NCBI GenBank assembly: GCA_951406725.2
Contig: OX597816.1
Location: 180,296,001-180,360,000 of the forward strand
DNA from: Octopus vulgaris
Lineage: Eukaryota
DNA: 64,000 nt
Direction of reading: 5' to 3'
Under the pieces are notes generated by a model. The model did not search any database, was not told the origin of the DNA, and worked only from the letters and a program-made list of their open reading frames with translations. Shown here piece by piece: positions 29,560 through 40,377 of the stretch (the stretch's first letter is position 1; every line of letters starts with the position of its first letter). A program made the position numbers and the translations under genes.

Positions 29560-31151
29560 TCATATCTATAAAAGGAAGGATGTTTATGTGTATACGTGAT
29601 TGTAATTTATGCACGTCCACAAATTAGCAGACATGTCACTCCAATTTTAGGAGGATATTCTCCAACACCCTATCTGGGTTTTCTCAACTTATTTTTTTCC
29701 CCGAGGCACCCGTGGTTAGCGTAAATATCTATTTTCAGACATAGCTTTTAGCCACAAAAAATATCAGCCTTGATATTTACTTCAGTGAAAATCGTGTTAA
29801 TCTACAAATTTAACAACATTTTTTCCATTCATTTCTGTTTATGAACATGTATGCGTGCACAAAACATGCAATAGGTGTACGTACGTACGTGTATGTATGT
29901 GTGTTCGTGTCTGTTGCCTATAGATATTTATATTATATTATATATCTCTTATTATAAAAAGCAGATTTTATCTGCCTCCCTTTGTCAGTTATGGAAATCT
30001 ACAATATAGGATTTCTTCAATTACAATTTACCTAGCATTTTTAAGAGTAGAATGCATCGGGTCATGCCAGGTCCAGTTTTTAAAATTTAAACTCCAATTA
30101 AGCAAAATTTACAGAAAACTCACATTCTGGTGTGTATGTCAAATGCTTTTCTTAATGTGGTTTACACCACACGAAAAGGCACACACACAGTGTGCAACGA
30201 ATAAAATGAAACTAATTCACTGTGTGTGTGTTGACAGGTAGACAATAGAATGCAATGGCGATGGCGATGGCGATGTAATATTTGTTTCTGTCTATCACGC
30301 TGATAGATACATGAGTAAAATGTATGGCAAGCTAAGGGATAAGAGTGAGTGAAAATGTTCTTGGAAGAGAGTAAATAGCGAGAGTGATTTGAGGAAGACT
30401 TTACATTAAATAACCGTAGTGGCTTGTATATATATATATATACATACATAAGACAGTAAGGTGTGATTTGAGGGAGATTTGGCTGCTATTTCTACCATGT
30501 CTAGCTGCCATGTAGGGGTCTCCTTCATAGGCTCATACATACATATATACATAGATAAGACAGTAAGGTGTGATTTGGGGGAAATTTGGCTGCTATTTCT
30601 ACCAGGTCTAGCTACCATGTAAAGGTCCCCCTCATTGGCTCATATATATATACATACATAAGACAGTAAGGTGTGATTTGAGGGAGATTTGGCTGCTGTT
30701 TCTACCAGGTCTGTTAGGCCTTCTCATGTAAACTCAAGCTTTCTCATGCCTTGAACATAAGACCAAAGCAGAGAATGTATTCTTTTATTCTGCTTTTCCA
30801 GCCATTGGTCTGTGGCCATGCTGGGGCAATGCCTTGAAGAATTGTAGTTTACTGAATCTACTCCAGTTTTATTTTTGTAAGCATTGTACTTATTCTATCT
30901 GTTTCCTTTGTCAAACCACTAGGTGACAGGGATGTAAACAAACCAACATTCGTTGTCAAGCAGTGGTGGAGGACAATCACAAGCACAGACACGCACACAC
31001 ACACACATACATGCATACACATATACACACATACATACATACATACATATATATATATGTGTGTATATATATATTGCAGCGTGGAAGGTGTTTGTAAGCC
31101 ATTTAAGAAACACACAAAAACCGTTAGATTCACTTCAACATTTAAATTTAA

Positions 31152-31202
31152 TTTGCCAAAATATTTTCGTCGCTTTGAGACCGCGACCTGTTCACTGACA
31201 AA
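31152..31202 (-). ncRNA. Hammerhead motif, G3-C8 variant (copy 2)
   Basis: Same 51-nt sequence as copy 1. Confidence 0.7.
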
Positions 31203-31404
31203 AATATCGTGCTAACAGGTCGCGGTCTCACAAGCGACGAAAATATTTTGACAAATTAAATTTAAATGTTGAAGTGAATCTAACGTTTTTGTGTGTTTCT
31301 TAAATGGCTTATAAACACCTTCAACGCTGCAACTGTTTTCGTTCCAGCACACGATCTCAGATCAAGTCACTTGCTATGCAAGTACATCTCTGTAACTATA
31401 TATA

Positions 31405-31447
<43 letters not shown>

Positions 31448-31510
31448 TGGTAAAAACAGTAAGATAACAAAAGAAAGAAAGAGACCTCAATATTATGTAA
31501 ATAGAGGAAA

Positions 31511-31905
31511 TCTTTATATATAAAAGTGAGGTTGTGTGTCTGTCTCCTACGATTTAGATTCCTAACTACTCCCACATTTTGCGGTGCAGTTTAACCAAAA
31601 CCGGGTATCTTATAGTCGTGATTCATATCGAGACCGTCTGGGTATTAGCGCGCGTCTACGATGAGTCTACGATTTAAAAAAAAATTTACCATCAATTTTT
31701 CCCATTTTTAATCCATTTTTGACATATATAAGGGAAGTAACTCTCTAAAATTTATTATTAAATCTCAGAACGTAAAAAGCTACAGTAACACCCCTCCCCC
31801 TTTGTGGTTAGCCATATTGAGATGGCTATTATACTTTACATCTCTAAAAATGCTTATATAATTATTTCCCTTACAAACCCGAGCAACGCCGGGCGATACT
31901 GCTAG
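31511..31905 (+). mobile_element. Non-autonomous Helitron C, copy 2
   Basis: Same termini, 395 bp. Confidence 0.9.
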
Positions 31906-33498
31906 TCATATCTATAAAAGGAAGGATGTTTATGTGTATACGTGATTGTAATTTATGCACGTCCACAAATTAGCAGACATGTCACTCCAATTTTAGGAGG
32001 ATATTCTCCAACACCCTATCTGGGTTTTCTCAACTTATTTTTTTCCCCGAGGCACCCGTGGTTAGCGTAAATATCTATTTTCAGACATAGCTTTTAGCCA
32101 CAAAAAATATCAGCCTTGATATTTACTTCAGTGAAAATCGTGTTAATCTACAAATTTAACAACATTTTTTCCATTCATTTCTGTTTATGAACATGTATGC
32201 GTGCACAAAACATGCAATAGGTGTACGTACGTACGTGTATGTATGTGTGTTCGTGTCTGTTGCCTATAGATATTTATATTATATTATATATCTCTTATTA
32301 TAAAAAGCAGATTTTATCTGCCTCCCTTTGTCAGTTATGGAAATCTACAATATAGGATTTCTTCAATTACAATTTACCTAGCATTTTTAAGAGTAGAATG
32401 CATCGGGTCATGCCAGGTCCAGTTTTTAAAATTTAAACTCCAATTAAGCAAACTTTTACAGAAAACTCACATTCTGGTGTGTATGTCAAATGCTTTTCTT
32501 AATGTGGTTTACACCACACGAAAAGGCACACACACAGTGTGCAACGAATAAAATGAAACTAATTCACTGTGTGTGTGTTGACAGGTAGACAATAGAATGC
32601 AATGGCGATGGCGATGGCGATGTAATATTTGTTTCTGTCTATCACGCTGATAGATACATGAGTAAAATGTATGGCAAGCTAAGGGATAAGAGTGAGTGAA
32701 AATGTTCTTGGAAGAGAGTAAATAGCGAGAGTGATTTGAGGAAGACTTTACATTAAATAACCGTAGTGGCTTGTATATATATATATATACATACATAAGA
32801 CAGTAAGGTGTGATTTGAGGGAGATTTGGCTGCTATTTCTACCATGTCTAGCTGCCATGTAGGGGTCTCCTTCATAGGCTCATACATACATATATACATA
32901 GATAAGACAGTAAGGTGTGATTTGGGGGAAATTTGGCTGCTATTTCTACAAGGTCTAGCTACCATGTAGAGGTCCCCCTCATTGGCTCATATATATATAC
33001 ATACATAAGACAGTAAGGTGTGATTTGAGGGAGATTTGGCTGCTGTTTCTACCAGGTCTGTTAGGCCTTCTCATGTAAACTCAAGCTTTCTCATGCCTTG
33101 AACATAAGACCAAAGCAGAGAATGTATTCTTTTATTCTGCTTTTCCAGCCATTGGTCTGTGGCCATGCTGGGGCAATGCCTTGAAGAATTGTAGTTTACT
33201 GAATCTACTCCAGTTTTATTTTTGTAAGCATTGTACTTATTCTATCTGTTTCCTTTGTCAAACCACTAGGTGACAGGGATGTAAACAAACCAACATTCGT
33301 TGTCAAGCAGTGGTGGAGGACAATCACAAGCACAGACACGCACACACACACACATACATGCATACACATATACACACATACATACATACATACATATATA
33401 TATATGTGTGTATATATATATTGCAGCGTGGAAGGTGTTTGTAAGCCATTTAAAAAACACACAAAAACCGTTAGATTCACTTCAACATTTAAATTTAA

Positions 33499-33549
33499 TT
33501 TGCCAAAATATTTTCGTCGCTTTGAGACCGCGACCTGTTCACTGACAAA
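33499..33549 (-). ncRNA. Hammerhead motif, G3-C8 variant (copy 3)
   Basis: Same 51-nt sequence as copy 1. Confidence 0.7.
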
Positions 33550-33752
33550 AATATCGTGCTAACAGGTCGCGGTCTCACAAGCGACGAAAATATTTTGACA
33601 AATTAAATTTAAATGTTGAAGTGAATCTAACGTTTTTTGTGTGTTTCTTAAATGGCTTATAAACACCTTCAACGCTGCAATTGTTTTCGTTCCAGCACAC
33701 GATCTCAGATCAAGTCACTTGCTATGCAAGTACATCTCTGTAACTATATATA

Positions 33753-33795
<43 letters not shown>

Positions 33796-33858
33796 TGGTA
33801 AAAACAGTAAGATAACAAAAGAAAGAAAGAGACCTCAATATTATGTAAATAGAAGAAA

Positions 33859-34253
33859 TCTTTATATATAAAAGTGAGGTTGCGTGTCTGTCTCCTACGA
33901 TTTAGATTCCTAACTACTCCCACATTTTGCGGTGCAGTTTAACCAAAACCGGGTATCTTATAGTCGTGATTCATATTGAGACCATCTGGGTATTAGCGCG
34001 CGTCTACGATGAGTCTACGATTTAAAAAAAAATTTACCATCAATTTTTCCCATTTTTAATCCATTTTTGACATATATAAGGGAAGTAACTCTCTAAAATT
34101 TATTATTAAATCTCAGAACGTAAAAAGTTACAGTAACACCCCTCCCCCTTTGTGGTTAGCCATATTGAGATGGCTATTATACTTTACATCTCTAAAAATG
34201 CTTATATAATTATTTCCCTTACAAACCCGAGCAACGCCGGGCGATACTGCTAG
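33859..34253 (+). mobile_element. Non-autonomous Helitron C, copy 3
   Basis: Same termini, 395 bp, followed by T. Confidence 0.9.
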
Positions 34254-34387
34254 TATATAATATAACTAATTTAAATGGATTTCGCCCAAATTTGACATCT
34301 ATATTACTTAGTTTGGTTTGAAATAAAGAACTTGATTAGCTTAATAATCGTAACTTAATCCCGGGCAAGGCCACGTTATACTGCTAG
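34254..34387 (+). mobile_element. Additional Helitron 3' terminus
   Basis: cccgggcaaggccacgttatactgCTAG|t. Confidence 0.75.
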
Positions 34388-34746
34388 TATATATATAAAG
34401 CTGAAGTTGTCTGTGTATGGCAGGTTTGGTAGCCTTCAACTAACACTATCTCATCCGAGACCCTGTGGTGCAAGTTGACCAAAATAGAGAGTATGATAGA
34501 AGAAGGCTTGCTCTTCCTTCCGTAGAAGAAAAAATTATTTACTTCAAAAAGGTGCTTTTTTTCTATGAAAATCCCTATTTTTTACGATTATTTGACTGCT
34601 GTGTCACCATATTTCGGTGTATTTCAACGAGAAAAATGTTCACTTATAGAGAATAACAAGCTACATAATGCAAAATTTTTACTTTTCAAAAATTCCCTTT
34701 CTAAAGGGTCGAAACAAACCCGAGCAACATTGGGCGATACTGCTAG
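34388..34746 (+). mobile_element. Non-autonomous Helitron D
   Basis: tatatataaagctgaag...cccgagcaacattgggcgatactgCTAG|t; homologous to 61009-61408(-). Confidence 0.85.
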
Positions 34747-34759
34747 TATATATATATAT

Positions 34760-34950
34760 ATTTATTTGCCCTCCACCCACTTGACAATCAATGCTGGTGT
34801 GTTTATGTCCCTGTAATTTGGCAGTTCAGCAAAAGAGATTAATAGAATAAGTACTAGGCTTACAAAGAATAAGTCCTGGGATTGATTTGTTCGTCTAAAG
34901 GCGGTGCTCCAGCATGGCTGCAGTCAAATGACTGAAACAAGTAAAAGAAT
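34760..34950 (+). mobile_element. 3' half of the split SINE family A
   Basis: ttgacaatcaatgctggtgtgtttatgtccc...gactgaaacaagtaaaag. Confidence 0.85.
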
Positions 34951-35145
34951 GTGTGTCATGTGCTTTTCGTAGACTATTTTTTTTTTCCCTTTTCTCTGGA
35001 CCCTTCCTCTCTCTTCTCTCTGATGAAGAGCCATGCTTGAAACATTATACCACTCCTCTCTTTTTCCATTTTAAACTAACTTTCAACCTAATACATTCAC
35101 TGCTTTTGACCTCTGTTGTTTTCGTTTTTATTTCTATTTTCAATT
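34951..35145 (+). mobile_element. Penelope-like fragment with decayed hammerhead core
   Basis: CTGATGA-A-GAGC-cat-GCTT-GAAAC at 35020-35043; related to 46201-46418(-). Confidence 0.6.
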
Positions 35146-35625
35146 GTGTGTGTGTGTGTATGCATACAGAAACATCATTATTTCACATGAAAAATGTTGT
35201 CCATTTTTCCACTTGAAAGTGCATTGCCACACACATTCAGGACGACATAAGTTACTTCTATTGTCCTTGCTAACTGAGGTGTAATGAAGAGTTTACTGGA
35301 CAAAAATAACATTATGTTTTTATAGGACAGTGACTGTACATTAAATGCTCATGTTTCATAAAAATTAATACCCATAAGGCTGTTTACTGGTTTCCTAATT
35401 CATTGAAACACTTCTGGGATAGAATGTAAAATTGAAACAGAAATAATAAATGACAAATATAATTAGTTTCTAGTTATGCACTGTTAGATATCTCACTTTG
35501 TGTGTATATCTATCTATCTATTTATCTATCCATCCATCCATCCATCCATCCATCCATCCATCCATCTGTTTCTCTCCCCCTCCCTCCTTCTCTCTCCCTC
35601 TCTCCATATATATATATATATATAT

Positions 35626-37120
35626 ATCATCATCATCATCATTTAACATCTGTTTTCCATGCTGGCATGGGTTGGACGGTTTGACTGAGGCCTGGAGAGC
35701 CAGCGGCTGCACCAGGTTCCAATCTGATCTGGCAGTGTTTCTACAGCTGGATGCCCTTCCTAATGCTAATCACTCCAAGAGTGTAGTGGGTGCTTTTTAC
35801 ATGTCACTGGCACAGGAGCCAGTCAGGCAGGCCTGGTAATGATCATGTTCGAATGGTGCTTATTAAGTGCCAACTGCACAGGAGCCAGTAAGGGGCTACT
35901 GGCATCAGTCACAATCGGTTGGTGGTTTTTTTGTGCTACCAGCGCAGTAGTCAGTCTGGGGGTACTGGCATTGGCCACGTTTGATTGGTGCTTTTCACGT
36001 GCCACTGGCGCAGGAGCCAGTCAGGTGGACCTGGCATTGACCACATTCAGATGATGCTTTTTACATGCCACCGGCACAGGAGCCAGAAACTGAAAGAAGC
36101 CCATCATGTATATATATATATATCATATCTATAAAAGGGAGGATGTTTATGTGTATACGTGATTGTAATTTTCTACCCACACCTTTTCTACAGTCAGGGG
36201 CATCAGCCCCAGCTACAGTATTGGTTTTACTTGACTTAATAGGTCTTTTCAAGCATATCATATTGCCCAATGCATCAGGGCTATTCTTAACAGGGCTGGA
36301 CATGTGTGGCTGCGATCTCACTTTAGTTGCCGGGTCTTCTCAATCACAGCATATCTCCAAAGGTCCCGTTCTCCTGTCATTGCCTCTGTGAGGCCCAGTG
36401 TTCGAAGGTCATGCTTGACCACCTCATCCCATGTCTTCCTGGGTCTAACTCTTCCACAGGTTCCTTCTACAGTTAAGGAGTGACACTTCCTCACACAGCT
36501 GTCTTCATTCATACATAATGCATGACCATACCAGCACAGTCGCCTCCCTTTCACACCACATTTGATGCTTCTTTATGCCCAACTTTTCTCTCAGGGCACT
36601 TACACTCTGTCATGTATGCACACTGACATTACACACCCAGCAGATCATACTAGCTTCATTTCTTTCAAGCCTACATATGTCTTCAGCATTCATGGCTCAT
36701 GTTTCACTGCTGTGTAGCATGGCAATTTGCACACATGCACCATACAGTCTACCTTTCACCTTGAGCGAGAGGCCCCTAGTTGCCAGCAGAGGTAGGAGCT
36801 CCCTGAATTTTGCCCTGGCTATTCTTACTCTAGTCACTACACTCTCAGAGCAACCCACTACAGACTTGGTCACCAGGTAGCAGAAGCTATTAAACTACTA
36901 GTTTCTTCCCCTGGCATGAGATGGAATCTGTTTTCTGTACATCTTCAGTGTTTATTGCCCCTGTGCATCTGCCACACACAAAAACTATTTTCCTAGTTAA
37001 CCTTCCTTTGATTATCTTTCATGTGTCCATAGCTTACACCGGGTACATCGTATGGAGTTTCTACCCACACCTTTTCTACAGATTGGGCAGGACCATCTAC
37101 CTGAAGTGGGTTGTAATTTG
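35626..37120 (-). mobile_element. RTE-type LINE 3' portion (decayed RT C-terminus plus repeat-containing 3' UTR)
   Basis: ORF 36318-36554 RRLCWYGHA.CM...GRVRPRKTW...DLWR is the typical RTE ORF end; (CAT)n tail at 35626. Confidence 0.9.
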
Positions 37121-37437
37121 ACAGCCTTCCTACTTACTAAGACTATTCTCTTGCAAAATCACAAGTAAAAATAATTTCATAACTACATTTTAAAACCACA
37201 ACATAAGTGAGAAAACATATAATATATTTGGAGTAAAATATTTTAATACTCAAACAACACATTTTCTTCCCTACCAAAAATATGTAGAACACTGACCATT
37301 CTTAACTAACTAAAAGTATACCCCTTTAATAAACGGCTAACTTTACTTGAAGAATGTCAAACTGGTTTCCATCTGGGCAACTAAAATAACATGCTCCATA
37401 CATACAAACACACACACACACATACCTATAGTGTATT

Positions 37438-37620
37438 AAAATTGAAGCTGAGGGTTTTGTCTCATGACTCAAGTTTCATGCCAGTATGATCATCAGGCAA
37501 AACGTGTGGGAAACTTGAGTCATGAGACAAACTCACAGCTTCAGTTTTTAAAAAGAATGAACTCTACCTTCTACAACATGTATTGAGCACCCCTTTCTCA
37601 TTCATTTAACATTAATAACG
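37438..37620. mobile_element. Penelope-like inverted fragment with decayed hammerhead
   Basis: Arms 37438-37477 and 37510-37548; minus strand reads CTGATGA-tcatactggcat-GAAAC-ttga-GTC. Confidence 0.6.
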
Positions 37621-37874
37621 TATACACACTCACACACACACATGTAATCATTATCCTTTAATGTTCATTTTTGCATGCTGGTGTGGGTTAGATGAAATTT
37701 GTTGATGCAGATTTTCTACCACTGGATGCGCTTCTTGTCACCAATCCTCACTTGTTTCTAAGTAAGGTAACTTTTCTCCATGGCCAAATAAGTTTTTGCT
37801 AAGTTTTGGATGACACTTCTTGTATGAAAACTATCATGTAATGACGCAATGGGAAGACAAGGTGGGGAAGACGG

Positions 37875-37905
<31 letters not shown>

Positions 37906-38696
37906 TGCACACATGATGAGCTTCTTTTAGTTTTCATCTACCAAACCCACTCTGAAGACATTGGTTAACATGGAAGAGTGGGCATTAAATGATGATTTAT
38001 ATAAAACTTTAAAATGTTTAATTCCATTTTATTAAATGTTTTTAACATATTACAAAATAATACATACTGCATATAAATAATTTTTAAAATGCCTGATCCA
38101 AAATGCCTGATGTTCAAAACATAGAAAATCCAAAGACTATTTCATTTTAAAAATATTATAAAAACAGTTAAAAGTTTTTTTTTAAGATAATCCTCACAAC
38201 ATCTAAGTAGAATGAAAATGGCATCCAAATAGAATTGATTTTCAAGATTCCTCAAAAAATAGCTAATCATGTGGTGACTTTATACTAATAAGCATAGGTG
38301 CTAGAATAGCTCTGTTGATAGCAAGCTTGCTTTGCAACTACATGTTTTTTGAGTTTGAAGTTCAATCCCAGTGCATAGCACCTTTGGCAAGTATCTCTAG
38401 GTCAACCAATTCCTTGTAAATGAATTTGGCAGACAGAAACTGTGTGGAGGCCTATTGTGTGTGTGTGTGCATTTATACTTGGATCCATTCCACTGCTTGA
38501 CAACAGGTGTTGGTTTATTTATATCCCCATAGCTCAATAGTTCAGCAAAGGAGGTTTGTAGAAAAAGGATCAGACTTCAAATAATTAGTATTGGAATGAA
38601 TTTCTTTGACCCTAACCTTTCAAAACATTGCCTTGGTATTCCCGCAGTTGAAGGACTGAAATAAGTATCGGTTAAAGATAAGCATACAAATATATA

Positions 38697-39056
38697 CACC
38701 ATCCGAGCGTGGCCGTTCGCCAGCCTCGTCTGGCACCTGTGTTGGTGGCACATAAAAACACCATCCGAGCGTGGCCGTTCGCCAGCCTCGTCTGGCACCT
38801 GTGTCGGTGGCACATAAAAACACCATCCGGGCGTGGCCATTCGCCAGCCTCGTCTGGCACCTGTGTCGGTGGCACATAAAATCACCCACTACACTCTCGG
38901 AGTGGTTGGTGTTAGGAAGGGCATCCAGCTGTAGAAACACTGCCAGATCTGACTGGCCTGGTGCAGCCTTCGGGCTCCCCAGACCCCAGTTGAACCGTCC
39001 AACCCATGCTAGCATGGAAAGCGGACGTTAAATGATGATGATGATGATGATGATGA
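38697..39056 (+). mobile_element. Young RTE-type 3' end with 62-bp x3 tandem repeat
   Basis: caccatcc at 38697, 38759 and 38821; CpG-rich; (GAT)n tail. Confidence 0.9.
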
Positions 39057-40325
39057 TTTATTTGAAAATGACAGCTAAATATATGTTGCAAGATGTAGTG
39101 ATGTATAACAGAATCTCCAGTGTGCAGAACTTGAAAATCCAAAGACCATTGGGATCAAAATCAGAAATTAAGAAGTAGAAGGTGGTTCATGATTCACTAA
39201 TATTTTTGCTTATTTTTTTCATCTTGGAAATTCAAGGAATTTCCCATTCCATGCTGGTTTCATTTTTAATTAGTTTTCTTTAAAGATCGTTCCAAAGAGA
39301 ATTTAGTGTGCATTATGCATTCCATTGGCCATATATAGTAGTGAACATTATATACAAGTGTGTATCAAATATAAAGTGTGTGTGCGTGTATGCAATATTT
39401 TCATGTAGGTGTGTATGTACTAGTATCCTTGATTATGCATATAATAGTTTGAACTTATAGATCTAGGAATGCTTTTATGTGCATGCATATATAAATGTAT
39501 GTGTGAGTACTAGAGTATGTATTTGTGTATACTGACCTTAATAGTATGTTTAGGTACTAGTCTTCAGTGTTAAGCGTTATATTTGTCTATGTTAGTATGG
39601 TTATTAGTGTATATAGTTGTATTTGGCCATCCTCAACACTTGCTCACAAATGTTGTTAGTTACAGACCAAACAGTCTTCTTCAATATTCCTTAATCTATT
39701 TTACTGCTCTTTACCTCATAACATTGCTTTATTTTTTTTTTAAATAAAAATAATAATATTCTTACATTCTATTTCAGTTTATTTTCTCTTGGTATCTTTA
39801 CAGTTTAGCAGTCAGGCATTAGGTTCAGCTATATACAGTTTGGTTTAATTAAATGCAAATACAAATTGTTTTTATTGGGGAGCCACAAGAAACATTCAGT
39901 CAATGGCAGAACCCTCTTCTTCCATACCACATCCTCCATTCCACCACAAGAGCCAAGCGAGCTGCAAATTTGGCCAGACTGTTCATTTGATTTCTTTCAC
40001 TTTTACTTCTTTTACTTTTACTCCTCACTCATTTAACGACTGTTAATGCTGCACTACATACAACACCCCTGCTCCTTTTTTCTTTCTTCCACTCTTCCTT
40101 CCGTTACTTTTGCCTTCTGCCCTATTTCACCTTTAGGAAAAAGATGTATATCTACCCTTCATTTTAAAGGCAGCTTCTAACTGCTACATGATTGCAAGAA
40201 TCAAAACAAAAGTAACTCCAAAGTGGTCAGTAATAAAATAGCATACTCTATTTCTTGAAAAATTGAGTACTTTCTCTTTAAGTGAAACCCTAGTTAATAC
40301 ACACACACACACACATTTTTGTAGT

Positions 40326-40377
<52 letters not shown>

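Larger units (their letters stand above)
27615..34253 (+). repeat. Tandem array of ~2.35-kb composite units (partial 27615-29559; 29560-31905; 31906-34253)
   Basis: Marker ttgcagcgtgg at 28745, 31074 and 33421; the ORF track repeats with the same period. Confidence 0.95.

Noticed and set aside
38697-38885. CRISPR-like array
   Set aside because: Contiguous 62-bp tandem units without unique spacers, within a LINE 3' UTR; eukaryotic context and no cas genes
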